The notes below the pieces were generated by a model. The model was not told the origin of the DNA and did not search any database. It saw nothing but the letters and a program-made list of their open reading frames with translations. A stretch of DNA of 64,000 nt from assembly GCF_058153355.1 (NCBI RefSeq), contig NZ_CM177019.1; one strand, written 5' to 3'. Shown piece by piece: positions 52,504 to 62,097 of this stretch (its first letter is position 1; each line of letters begins with the position of its first letter). Made by a program: the position numbers and the translations under genes.

Positions 52504-53379
52504 ATGGACTTTTTTACGTTATTTTCGCCAGATGGGGCCATGCTGGAAACAAACGTGGTATGTATCGTTATCGCGTTGATGTTTCTTTATACCTTTGTGG
52601 GGATATGCGCGGGATTTGGTGGCGGTTTAACCACCATGCCACTCGTCACGTTAATGCTCCCCGTAAAAATGGCAACACCACTTTCGGTAATTGTCGGCAC
52701 CGCAACCGCCTTGTACGCCACCTGGCTATCACGCAAAGAAACGGATTGGCGCTCGGCAATGGTGCTGATTATTTTCTCATTTTTGGGAATACCCGTCGGT
52801 TTATATGCGCTGTCATATTTACCCGACCATTTTATGAAAGTGGGCTTAGGTGGATTTCTTATCCTCTACTCCTTTTACAGCATGTTTATTCCTCGCTTGC
52901 CGATTTATGACCGTAACTGGATCGCCGCACCTATCGGCGCAGTAGCTGGCGCATTAGGCGCGGCGTTCTCAACCAACGGGCCGCCGATGGTTATCTACGG
53001 GATGCTGCGTAACTTAGGTCCGGCGGCATTTCGCGGCACTCTGAACGCTTTCTTCACCGCAAACAACATCGCGGTGATCGGCGGGCTGGCGACCAGCGGA
53101 ATTTTGACTGTTTCTATCTTTAAACTGGTGCTGTTTTGTATTCCCACCATGATCCTCGGTTCACTGATTGGACAATATGTGCATAAACGCATTTCGGTCA
53201 AAGTGTTTCGTGTGATGGTCTTTTTATTGTTGATTGCCTCCGGTTCTATGTTGATAAAAGGTGCGTTGGGAATTCCCGCCGCTGCCGCACTTCTGCCTCC
53301 GTTTACCTTGTTAGTTATACTGCAACTGGCATTTGGTAAAAAAGTGGCGGCAATCCGCCGGGCTGAAGAAAGTAAATAA
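52504..53379 (+). CDS. TauE/SafE-like polytopic membrane protein (putative sulfonate/sulfite-type anion exporter)
   Basis: 291 aa, very hydrophobic with Gly-rich helices (GFGGGLTT, GAVAGALGAAFSTNGPP); co-oriented inside the yihR-yihQ interval. Confidence 0.65.
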   Translation: MDFFTLFSPDGAMLETNVVCIVIALMFLYTFVGICAGFGGGLTTMPLVTLMLPVKMATPLSVIVGTATALYATWLSRKETDWRSAMVLIIFSFLGIPVGLYALSYLPDHFMKVGLGGFLILYSFYSMFIPRLPIYDRNWIAAPIGAVAGALGAAFSTNGPPMVIYGMLRNLGPAAFRGTLNAFFTANNIAVIGGLATSGILTVSIFKLVLFCIPTMILGSLIGQYVHKRISVKVFRVMVFLLLIASGSMLIKGALGIPAAAALLPPFTLLVILQLAFGKKVAAIRRAEESK

Positions 53380-53485
53380 TCATTATGCGGGTTTTAATTT
53401 ATACCTTCACACATTCTTTAATTAATGAAACCTGTAATAACAGGATGGCATGAAATATTAGTTTTATACTCTATGGAGATTATTT

Positions 53486-55522
53486 ATGGATACGCCACGC
53501 CCACAGTTATTAGATTTTCAATTTCATCAGAATAACGACAGTTTTACTCTACGTTTTCAAGACCGTCTTATTTTAATCCATAGCAAAGATAATCCTTGCT
53601 TATCGATTGGCTCAGGTATAGCGGATATCGATATGTTCCGCGGTAATTTCAGCATTAAAGATAAATTGCAGGAGAAGATTGCGCTCACCGACGCCATCGT
53701 CAGCCAGTCACCGGATGGCTGGTTAATCCATTTCAGCCGTGGTTCTGACATTAGCGCCACGCTGCGTATCTCTGCCGACGATCAGGGCCGTTTATTGCTG
53801 GAACTACAAAACGACAACCATCACCACAACCGCATCTGGCTGCGTCTTGCCGCACAACCAGAGGACCATATCTACGGCTGCGGCGAACAATTCTCCTACT
53901 TTGATCTGCGCGGCAAACCGTTCCCGCTATGGACCAGTGAACAAGGCGTTGGTCGCAACAAACAAACCTATGTCACCTGGCAGGCCGACTGCAAAGAGAA
54001 CGCGGGCGGCGACTATTACTGGACTTTCTTCCCGCAGCCTACTTTTGTCAGCACGCAGAAGTATTACTGCCATGTCGATAACAGCTGCTATATGAACTTC
54101 GACTTCAGTGCTCCGGAATACCATGAACTGGCATTGTGGGAAGACAATGCCACCCTGCGTTTTGAATGTGCGGACACATACATCTCCCTGTTGGAAAAAT
54201 TAACCGCCCTGCTGGGACGTCAGCCAGAACTGCCCGACTGGATTTATGACGGGGTAACGCTAGGTATTCAGGGCGGGACAGATGTATGCCAGAAGAAACT
54301 GGATACCATGCGTAACGCGGGTGTGAAGGTCAACGGCATCTGGGCGCAGGACTGGTCCGGGATCCGCATGACCTCGTTTGGCAAACGTGTGATGTGGAAC
54401 TGGAAGTGGAACAGTGAAAACTACCCACAGTTAGATTCCCGCATCAAGCAATGGAAAGAAGAAGGCGTGCAGTTCCTCGCCTACATCAACCCGTATGTTG
54501 CCAGCGATAAGGACCTCTGCGCCGAGGCGGCTTCACATGGCTATCTGGCAAAAGATGCCTCTGGCGGTGACTATCTGGTGGAATTTGGGGAGTTTTACGG
54601 CGGCGTTGTCGATTTGACCAATCCTGAAGCATATTCCTGGTTCAAAGAAGTCATCAAGAAAAACATGATCGAATTGGGCTGCGGCGGCTGGATGGCAGAT
54701 TTTGGCGAATACTTGCCGACCGATACGTATCTGCATAACGGCGTTAGCGCCGAAATTATGCATAACGCCTGGCCCGCACTGTGGGCGAAATGTAACTACG
54801 AAGCCCTTGAAGAAACGGGCAAGCTTGGCGAGATCCTTTTCTTTATGCGCGCCGGTTCTACCGGTAGCCAGAAATACTCCACCATGATGTGGGCGGGCGA
54901 CCAGAACGTCGACTGGAGTCTGGACGATGGCCTGGCGTCGGTTGTTCCGGCGGCGCTCTCGCTGGCGATGACCGGGCATGGCCTGCATCACAGTGACATT
55001 GGCGGTTACACCACCCTGTTTGAGATGAAGCGCAGCAAAGAGCTGCTGCTGCGCTGGTGCGATTTCAGCGCCTTCACGCCGATGATGCGCACCCACGAAG
55101 GTAACCGTCCTGGCGACAACTGGCAGTTTGACGGCGACGCGGAAACCATCGCCCATTTTGCCCGTATGACCACCGTCTTCACCACCCTGAAACCTTACCT
55201 CAAAGACGCCGTCGCGCTGAATGCGAAGTCCGGCCTGCCGGTTATGCGCCCGCTGTTCCTGCATTACGAAGACGACGCGCAGACCTACACCCTGAAATAT
55301 CAGTACCTGTTAGGCCGCGACATTCTGGTCGCTCCGGTGCATGAACAAGGCCGTAGCGACTGGACGCTCTATCTGCCGGAGGATAACTGGGTCCACGCCT
55401 GGACAGGTGAAGCGTTCCGGGGCGGGGAAGTTACCGTTAATGCGCCCATCGGTAAACCGCCGGTCTTTTATCGCGCCGATAGCGAATGGGCGGCACTGTT
55501 CGCGTCGTTAAAAAGCATCTAA
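53486..55522 (+). CDS. yihQ: Sulfoquinovosidase (GH31 alpha-glycosidase)
   Basis: 678 aa; GH31-like catalytic region (WAQDWSG..., GGWMADFGE); synteny. Confidence 0.9.
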   Translation: MDTPRPQLLDFQFHQNNDSFTLRFQDRLILIHSKDNPCLSIGSGIADIDMFRGNFSIKDKLQEKIALTDAIVSQSPDGWLIHFSRGSDISATLRISADDQGRLLLELQNDNHHHNRIWLRLAAQPEDHIYGCGEQFSYFDLRGKPFPLWTSEQGVGRNKQTYVTWQADCKENAGGDYYWTFFPQPTFVSTQKYYCHVDNSCYMNFDFSAPEYHELALWEDNATLRFECADTYISLLEKLTALLGRQPELPDWIYDGVTLGIQGGTDVCQKKLDTMRNAGVKVNGIWAQDWSGIRMTSFGKRVMWNWKWNSENYPQLDSRIKQWKEEGVQFLAYINPYVASDKDLCAEAASHGYLAKDASGGDYLVEFGEFYGGVVDLTNPEAYSWFKEVIKKNMIELGCGGWMADFGEYLPTDTYLHNGVSAEIMHNAWPALWAKCNYEALEETGKLGEILFFMRAGSTGSQKYSTMMWAGDQNVDWSLDDGLASVVPAALSLAMTGHGLHHSDIGGYTTLFEMKRSKELLLRWCDFSAFTPMMRTHEGNRPGDNWQFDGDAETIAHFARMTTVFTTLKPYLKDAVALNAKSGLPVMRPLFLHYEDDAQTYTLKYQYLLGRDILVAPVHEQGRSDWTLYLPEDNWVHAWTGEAFRGGEVTVNAPIGKPPVFYRADSEWAALFASLKSI

Positions 55523-55567
55523 TCACGTCCGCCCGTGGGGAAACTCACGGGCAAAGGGAGAACAACG

Positions 55568-56953
55568 ATGAGTCACATCACAACGGAAGATCCGGCTACT
55601 TTACGTCTGCCCTTTAAAGAGAAACTCTCTTACGGTATCGGCGATCTGGCCTCTAACATCCTGCTGGATATCGGCACGCTTTATCTTTTGAAGTTTTATA
55701 CCGACGTTCTGGGGCTGCCCGGTACCTATGGCGGCATTATCTTTTTGATTTCGAAGTTCTTTACTGCGTTTACCGATATGGGTACCGGCATCATGCTCGA
55801 TTCCCGACGCAAGATCGGTCCAAAAGGTAAGTTCCGTCCTTTTATTCTGTATGCGTCATTCCCGGTCACCTTACTGGCGATCGCCAACTTTGTCGGCACA
55901 CCGTTTGATGTCACCGGTAAAACGGTGATGGCCACTATCCTGTTTATGCTCTACGGGCTGTTTTTCAGCATGATGAACTGCTCTTATGGCGCAATGGTCC
56001 CCGCTATTACCAAAAACCCCAACGAACGCGCATCACTGGCGGCATGGCGTCAGGGTGGCGCTACATTGGGCCTGCTGCTTTGTACGGTGGGATTCGTGCC
56101 GGTTATGAATCTTATCGAGGGTAATCAGCAACTTGGCTATATCTTCGCCGCCACGCTGTTTTCACTGTTCGGCCTGCTGTTTATGTGGATCTGCTATTCG
56201 GGCGTGAAAGAGCGTTATGTCGAAACGCAACCTGCAAATCCGGCGCAAAAGCCTGGCTTGTTGCAGTCTTTCCGCGCAATTGCGGGTAACCGCCCACTGT
56301 TCATTCTGTGTATTGCCAACCTCTGCACCTTAGGGGCGTTTAACGTCAAGCTCGCCATCCAGGTCTATTACACCCAGTACGTACTTAACGATCCCATCCT
56401 GTTGTCGTATATGGGATTTTTCAGCATGGGCTGTATTTTCATCGGCGTGTTCCTGATGCCTGGCGCAGTCAGACGTTTTGGTAAGAAGAAGGTCTATATC
56501 GGCGGTCTGCTGATCTGGGTGCTGGGCGATCTGCTCAACTATTTCTTCGGCGGCGGCTCGGTTAGCTTTGTGGCGTTCTCCTGCCTGGCATTCTTCGGCT
56601 CGGCGTTTGTTAACAGCCTGAACTGGGCACTGGTTTCTGACACCGTCGAGTACGGCGAGTGGCGCACCGGTGTGCGTTCGGAAGGTACGGTCTACACCGG
56701 CTTCACCTTCTTTCGCAAAGTTTCTCAGGCGCTGGCAGGCTTCTTCCCTGGCTGGATGCTGACGCAAATCGGCTATGTACCAAACGTCGCCCAGGCTGAC
56801 CACACCATTGAAGGGTTGCGCCAGCTGATCTTCATCTACCCAAGCGCACTGGCGGTAGTCACCATTGTTGCGATGGGTTGCTTCTACAGCCTGAACGAGA
56901 AGATGTACGTCCGCATTGTAGAAGAAATAGAAGCCCGTAAACGCACGGCATAA
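55568..56953 (+). CDS. yihP: GPH-family glycoside/cation symporter
   Basis: 12-TM transporter; start trimmed to MSHITTEDP with RBS AAAGGGAGA (ORF track from 55535). Confidence 0.85.
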   Translation: MSHITTEDPATLRLPFKEKLSYGIGDLASNILLDIGTLYLLKFYTDVLGLPGTYGGIIFLISKFFTAFTDMGTGIMLDSRRKIGPKGKFRPFILYASFPVTLLAIANFVGTPFDVTGKTVMATILFMLYGLFFSMMNCSYGAMVPAITKNPNERASLAAWRQGGATLGLLLCTVGFVPVMNLIEGNQQLGYIFAATLFSLFGLLFMWICYSGVKERYVETQPANPAQKPGLLQSFRAIAGNRPLFILCIANLCTLGAFNVKLAIQVYYTQYVLNDPILLSYMGFFSMGCIFIGVFLMPGAVRRFGKKKVYIGGLLIWVLGDLLNYFFGGGSVSFVAFSCLAFFGSAFVNSLNWALVSDTVEYGEWRTGVRSEGTVYTGFTFFRKVSQALAGFFPGWMLTQIGYVPNVAQADHTIEGLRQLIFIYPSALAVVTIVAMGCFYSLNEKMYVRIVEEIEARKRTA

Positions 56954-56960
56954 ATAATAA

Positions 56961-56982
56961 ACAACGCCCTGCGGGGCGTTAT
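56961..56982 (+). other. Intercistronic GC stem-loop between yihP and yihO
   Basis: aacgccc-tgcg-gggcgtt perfect 7-bp stem directly before the yihO RBS (ataaggag); no T-tract, so likely a processing or stability element rather than a terminator. Confidence 0.4.
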
Positions 56983-56993
56983 AAGGAGTGATT

Positions 56994-58397
56994 ATGTCTG
57001 ACCATAATCCACTGACATTAAAACTGAATCTGCGGGAAAAAATCGCTTATGGCATGGGCGACGTCGGTTCGAATTTAATGCTTAGCATCGGCACTCTGTA
57101 TCTCCTCAAATTTTATACCGATGAATTAGGGATGCCTGCTTACTATGGCGGGATTATCTTTCTGGTGGCGAAATTCTTTACCGCGTTTACCGATATGCTC
57201 ACCGGATTTTTACTCGACTCGCGGAAAAATATTGGGCCTAAAGGCAAATTTCGTCCCTTTATTTTATATGCAGCGGTTCCGGCGGCGTTAATTGCAACGC
57301 TCCAGTTTATCGCCACCACTTTTAGTTTGCCGATTAAAACGACGATTGCCACCGCGCTGTTTATGATGTTTGGACTTTCATACAGTCTGATGAACTGCTC
57401 GTATGGCGCGATGATCCCAGCAATTACCAAAAACCCCAATGAGCGCGCGCAGCTTGCGGCTTACCGCCAGGGTGGTGCAACCATAGGGCTATTGATTTGT
57501 ACCGTAGCATTTATTCCATTGCAGTCGCTTTTTTCTGACTCCACTGTCGGTTATGCCTGCGCGGCACTGATGTTCTCCATTGGTGGCTTTATTTTTATGA
57601 TGCTGTGCTACAGAGGCGTCAAAGAGCATTATGTGGACACGACGCCAACCGGACATAAAGCCAGTATTCTCAAATCTTTTTGCGCGATATTTCGTAATCC
57701 GCCATTGCTGGTTTTATGCATTGCTAACCTGTGTACCCTGGCGGCATTTAATATCAAACTGGCAATTCAGGTCTATTACACCCAGTATGTGCTGAATGAT
57801 ATTAATTTATTGTCGTGGATGGGATTCTTCAGTATGGGATGCATCCTCATCGGCGTATTGCTGGTGCCATTAACTGTAAAATATTTTGGTAAAAAACAGG
57901 TTTATTTAGCTGGCATGGTGCTGTGGGCGGTGGGGGATATCCTGAATTATTTCTGGGGCAGTAACTCTTTCACTTTCGTCATGTTCTCTTGTGTCGCCTT
58001 TTTTGGTACGGCCTTTGTAAACAGCCTGAACTGGGCGCTGGTACCGGATACCGTAGATTATGGTGAATGGAAAACAGGTATACGTGCCGAAGGTTCTGTT
58101 TATACCGGTTATACCTTCTTTCGTAAAATTTCAGCCGCACTTGCTGGCTTCTTGCCAGGCATTATGCTGACGCAAATCGGTTATGTTCCCAACATCGCGC
58201 AAAGCGATGCAACATTACAGGGTTTGCGTCAGCTCATTTTTATTTGGCCTTGTGCGCTGGCGATAATTGCTGCATTGACGATGGGATTCTTTTACACGCT
58301 CAATGAAAAACGTTTTGCGATGATTATTGAGGAAGTTAACCAACGCAAAAATAAAGAAATTAAGACAGAAGAAAAAACGGCTTCCGTAACGTTATAA
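56994..58397 (+). CDS. yihO: GPH-family transporter (sulfoquinovose/sulfoquinovosyl-glycerol uptake), paralogue of yihP
   Basis: Paralogous to yihP (shared LYLLKFYTD, FTAFTDM, NCSYGAM motifs); ATG at 56994 preceded by TAAGGAG. Confidence 0.85.
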   Translation: MSDHNPLTLKLNLREKIAYGMGDVGSNLMLSIGTLYLLKFYTDELGMPAYYGGIIFLVAKFFTAFTDMLTGFLLDSRKNIGPKGKFRPFILYAAVPAALIATLQFIATTFSLPIKTTIATALFMMFGLSYSLMNCSYGAMIPAITKNPNERAQLAAYRQGGATIGLLICTVAFIPLQSLFSDSTVGYACAALMFSIGGFIFMMLCYRGVKEHYVDTTPTGHKASILKSFCAIFRNPPLLVLCIANLCTLAAFNIKLAIQVYYTQYVLNDINLLSWMGFFSMGCILIGVLLVPLTVKYFGKKQVYLAGMVLWAVGDILNYFWGSNSFTFVMFSCVAFFGTAFVNSLNWALVPDTVDYGEWKTGIRAEGSVYTGYTFFRKISAALAGFLPGIMLTQIGYVPNIAQSDATLQGLRQLIFIWPCALAIIAALTMGFFYTLNEKRFAMIIEEVNQRKNKEIKTEEKTASVTL

Positions 58398-58463
58398 AAA
58401 CAATAGCCGCTATGACCATCTACAGGGATGGCGGCCTTCCTACATATAAAAAATGGATTTAAT

Positions 58464-59156
58464 ATGAAAAAGTTAAATGCAATAATTTTATTATCCTCTC
58501 TGACTTCCGCATCGGTATTCGCAGGCGCATACGTCGAAAACAGGGAGGCATATAATCTCGCCTCCGATCAGGGCGAGGTTATGCTACGTGTGGGTTATAA
58601 CTTCGATATGGGCGCGGGTATCATGTTAACCAATACCTACAACTTTCAGCGAGAAGATGAACTAAAACATGGATATAACGAAATCGAAGGTTGGTATCCT
58701 TTATTTAAACCAACCGATAAATTAACCATCCAGCCCGGTGGCTTAATTAATGATAAGAGCGCCGGTTCCGGTGGTGCTGTTTATCTGGATGTTAACTACA
58801 AATTTGCCCCGTGGTTTAACCTGACGGTACGCAACCGTTTTAACCATAATAACTACAGCACAACCGATTTAAACGGTGATCTGGATAATAATGACAGCTA
58901 CGAGATTGGTAACTACTGGAACTTTATTATTACCGATAAGTTCTCATATACCTTTGAACCGCATTATTTTTATAATATTAATGATTTCAACAGCAGCAAT
59001 GGCACCAAGCATCACTGGGAAATCACTAACACCTTCCGTTACCGAATTAATGAGCACTGGCTGCCCTATATTGAATTGCGCTGGTTAGACCGCAACGTCG
59101 AGCCGTACCACCGCGAGCAAAACCAGATCCGTATCGGGACGAAGTATTTCTTCTGA
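58464..59156 (+). CDS. ompL: Outer-membrane porin OmpL
   Basis: Start MKKLNAIILLSSLTSASVFA (signal peptide); beta-barrel-like alternating pattern, C-terminal ...KYFF; ORF track begins 36 bp earlier. Confidence 0.85.
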   Translation: MKKLNAIILLSSLTSASVFAGAYVENREAYNLASDQGEVMLRVGYNFDMGAGIMLTNTYNFQREDELKHGYNEIEGWYPLFKPTDKLTIQPGGLINDKSAGSGGAVYLDVNYKFAPWFNLTVRNRFNHNNYSTTDLNGDLDNNDSYEIGNYWNFIITDKFSYTFEPHYFYNINDFNSSNGTKHHWEITNTFRYRINEHWLPYIELRWLDRNVEPYHREQNQIRIGTKYFF

Positions 59157-59169
59157 TGTAAAAATGTAA

Positions 59170-59198
59170 AAAGCCGCTGATATTTAAGCGGCTTTTTA
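59170..59198 (+). terminator. Rho-independent terminator after ompL
   Basis: aagccgct-gatattta-agcggct stem-loop followed by TTTTT. Confidence 0.7.
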
Positions 59199-59336
59199 CA
59201 CAGATATTCACAATATAAATAACTCCCCATAATTATATAACCGCGTTGATTATAAAATATTCCTCGTCCTCTCTATCAAAGTCATTGACTACCAGGTAAG
59301 ATCTTTTCCACTGCAACACTCACAAGGAATGAGAAA

Positions 59337-60185
59337 ATGGAAAAGAAATTTTTTATGGATTGGGATAATGAAATCCCGCAAGAAGAGTTTATTAACAATA
59401 TTTTAGCCGATGAAGACCTGCCTAAAATCCGCTCTCTGATTATTGGTCGTTGGGGGGAGTGCTGGGATGAGGAAAGTTGCCAACCAATAATCGACATGTT
59501 TGTTGAACATGCCGAACGCTTTGCTCATCTCGAATCCCTATTTATCGGCGATATGGAAAGCGAAGAGTGTGAAATTTCGTGGATAAAACAAGGGGATTAT
59601 TCTCGTCTGTATGCTGCGCTGCCGAACCTGAAAAAGCTGACAATTAAAGGTACTCAGGGCCTGGAACTGGGAGAAATCGCCCATGACAAACTGGAGCATC
59701 TGGAAATTATCTCTGGCGGTACGCCGTGTGACGTGTTCGCCTCATTGCAAAATGCCCAACTGCCTGCGTTAAAAACACTTATCGTTTATATTGGCGTTGA
59801 GAATTATGGTTTTGATGCATCGCTGGATATCGTAATGAAGCTGGCGTCGAAATCCCTCTTCCCGAGCCTGACGCATCTTGGCCTGGTGAACAGCGAAGAG
59901 CAAAACGAAATCGTCCGCCGCGTGCTGGAAAGCGACATTCTGCCGCAACTGGAAGTGCTGGCACTCTCCTGCGGTACGCTTACCGACGAAGGTGCAGAGC
60001 ATCTTCTCAAACATGCCGATCGCCTTAGCCATCTGAAACTGCTGGATTTGTACCATCATTACCTGACAGAAGAGATGCAGAAAAAACTGCAAAAAACACT
60101 GACATGTACTCTCGAATTATCAGAAGCGCTAACGCCTGAAGTCTATGATGACGAAATTTATATGCATGCGATGTATACCGAATAA
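59337..60185 (+). CDS. Repeat-containing protein with leucine-rich-repeat-like segments (accessory cluster gene 1)
   Basis: 282 aa acidic protein with recurring LxxLxxLxL-type units (LPNLKKLTIKG, LEHLEIISG, LPALKTLIVY, FPSLTHLGLVN, LPQLEVLALSCG, LSHLKLLDLY); preceded by the ompL terminator and an AT-rich promoter-like region. Confidence 0.55.
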   Translation: MEKKFFMDWDNEIPQEEFINNILADEDLPKIRSLIIGRWGECWDEESCQPIIDMFVEHAERFAHLESLFIGDMESEECEISWIKQGDYSRLYAALPNLKKLTIKGTQGLELGEIAHDKLEHLEIISGGTPCDVFASLQNAQLPALKTLIVYIGVENYGFDASLDIVMKLASKSLFPSLTHLGLVNSEEQNEIVRRVLESDILPQLEVLALSCGTLTDEGAEHLLKHADRLSHLKLLDLYHHYLTEEMQKKLQKTLTCTLELSEALTPEVYDDEIYMHAMYTE

Positions 60186-61232
60186 ATGACATTTATTGGG
60201 AGAGAGTCATCTCTCCCATTATTTATCACAGAAAAGGAATTCTTCGTGATTACGCTAATTGGTCATCCTGAAAGCAAACGCACATTTTATTTTTGCCAGG
60301 CAGCGTCACGCTTACAGGAACATATCAACGTAGTGAGCTATGATCAAGCACTTACCCTGCTCTTAAATAAAGGCATGGTAAAAATCGATCCCCCCTTACA
60401 TCAGGAAACAGATATTCGCTTAATTAATACGGTTAGCCAAAACTATATTACTTTTTTACAAAAAATGGCTACCAGAAGGGAGATCCGTTTTATTAACTCA
60501 CCAGAAGGTATTATTCATCTTCTGGATAAACGCCACTGTAAGCAACGATTAGTCGAACACGCGATCCCGACACCGCCAATATTAGCGGATGATATCCGTA
60601 GCTACGATCAACTGATCGCCTGTATGCGCAGCGAAAAGGTTTATCGCGTGTTTATTAAGCCGAATTTCGGATCAGGGGCCGCCGGGGTGCTGGCTTTGAG
60701 TCTACATCCCGGCGATAACCGTCAGGCGCTTTATTGCGCCATCCAGGTTGCAGGTGACAGGCTGGTGAACAGTAAACATATTATCCGCTATGAAAACAGC
60801 GGTGATATTACGTTGATTGTGAATGCTATTTTACAACAAGACAATATTATCGAACGCTGGCTGGCAAAAGCCAGAGTGGGCAATAAAAGCTACGATTTAC
60901 GCATAGTGTACGTTAATGGTGAAATCGTCTGGCGGGTTGTCAGAACATCATCACAGCCGATCACCAATTTGCATCTGCAAAATGAAGCCATTCGTTTTGC
61001 CGATCTTAATTTACCCGCAGAAAAAGTGGCTGACATTGACACGCTTTGTCTCAACGCCATGAAACTCTACCCGGACGTACACATTGCCGGGCTTGATGTA
61101 TTACTCACGCAAAACTTAACCCCCTATATTATCGAAATTAACGGCCAGGGCGATCTTATTTATCAGGACACCTGCGAACAAAATATGATTTATCAACGCC
61201 AGATTCAGGTAATGAGAGAACACCATGTATAA
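60186..61232 (+). CDS. ATP-grasp family enzyme (YheC/YheD / RimK-like ligase) (accessory cluster gene 2)
   Basis: Motifs VFIKPNFGSGAAGVLAL, YDLRIVYVNGEIVW, YIIEINGQGD typical of ATP-grasp folds. Alternative GTG start at 60247 after a perfect hairpin gggagagagtcatctctccc (60205..60224). Confidence 0.6.
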   Translation: MTFIGRESSLPLFITEKEFFVITLIGHPESKRTFYFCQAASRLQEHINVVSYDQALTLLLNKGMVKIDPPLHQETDIRLINTVSQNYITFLQKMATRREIRFINSPEGIIHLLDKRHCKQRLVEHAIPTPPILADDIRSYDQLIACMRSEKVYRVFIKPNFGSGAAGVLALSLHPGDNRQALYCAIQVAGDRLVNSKHIIRYENSGDITLIVNAILQQDNIIERWLAKARVGNKSYDLRIVYVNGEIVWRVVRTSSQPITNLHLQNEAIRFADLNLPAEKVADIDTLCLNAMKLYPDVHIAGLDVLLTQNLTPYIIEINGQGDLIYQDTCEQNMIYQRQIQVMREHHV

Positions 61233-62097
61233 CGTAACAGACGAAGTCCCGGAAAATACCCGCACGGCAATCCATTCCTGCGATGGCGAAATCAATATGA
61301 ATGATTTGATAGCCAGGGAGGCGAATGTTCTGTTTGTAGTGCTTGATTCCCTGCGTTTTGATATTGCGTTTCAGGAACAAGAGGCGGGCAATACGCCGAA
61401 CATTAACCGCTATGGTCGCTGGATAAAGTGCGAAGCCGCTGGCAATTTTACCTGGCCTTCGCATCATTCGATGTTTTCTGGTTTTATGCCTAAGCCGCTG
61501 GAAGCCGCACCGGGCCATTCAATGCTCTTTTTTCCCAAAGATATTGGCTTAGGGCGTTTAGGGCCAAAAAATGCATTCGCATTCAGCGAAGAGACGTGGA
61601 TTAAAGGGCTGGAAAACAAAGGTTACCGCACTATCTGCGTGGGTGGCATCTCCTTTTTTAATAACCGCTCAGGGATGGGAAAAGTGTTCCCGGCGATGTT
61701 TAAAGAGAGTTACTGGTATCCTAATTTCTCCTGCACGGTGAAAGAGAGCATGGATAATCAGCTCACCTTAATTAACAAAAAGGTGAACGCTGAACAGCCG
61801 CTGATGATGTATATCAATATCGACACCATTCATTATCCGAATCATTTTTATATTGAAAATGCCAAACCTGGCGATACGGTAGAAACTCACGCCGCTGCCC
61901 TGCATTATATTGATGCCAGAATCGAAAAACTTTTCGATATCTTTCGGCAAACCGGGCGGGAAACGTTAGTTATTCTCTGTTCCGATCATGGCACCTGCTA
62001 CGGGGAAGACGGTAAATATTTCCACAGTTTTAACCATCCGATTGTGAATACCGTACCCTATTTTCACTTTGTGTTAGACGGCAAAGACCATGAATAA
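61225..62097 (+). CDS. Alkaline-phosphatase-superfamily metalloenzyme (sulfatase/phosphotransferase-like) (accessory cluster gene 3)
   Basis: 290 aa; N-terminal VVLDSLRFD and C-terminal LCSDHGT motifs typical of the AP/sulfatase superfamily; overlaps gene 2 by 8 bp. Confidence 0.55.
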   Translation: MYNVTDEVPENTRTAIHSCDGEINMNDLIAREANVLFVVLDSLRFDIAFQEQEAGNTPNINRYGRWIKCEAAGNFTWPSHHSMFSGFMPKPLEAAPGHSMLFFPKDIGLGRLGPKNAFAFSEETWIKGLENKGYRTICVGGISFFNNRSGMGKVFPAMFKESYWYPNFSCTVKESMDNQLTLINKKVNAEQPLMMYINIDTIHYPNHFYIENAKPGDTVETHAAALHYIDARIEKLFDIFRQTGRETLVILCSDHGTCYGEDGKYFHSFNHPIVNTVPYFHFVLDGKDHE

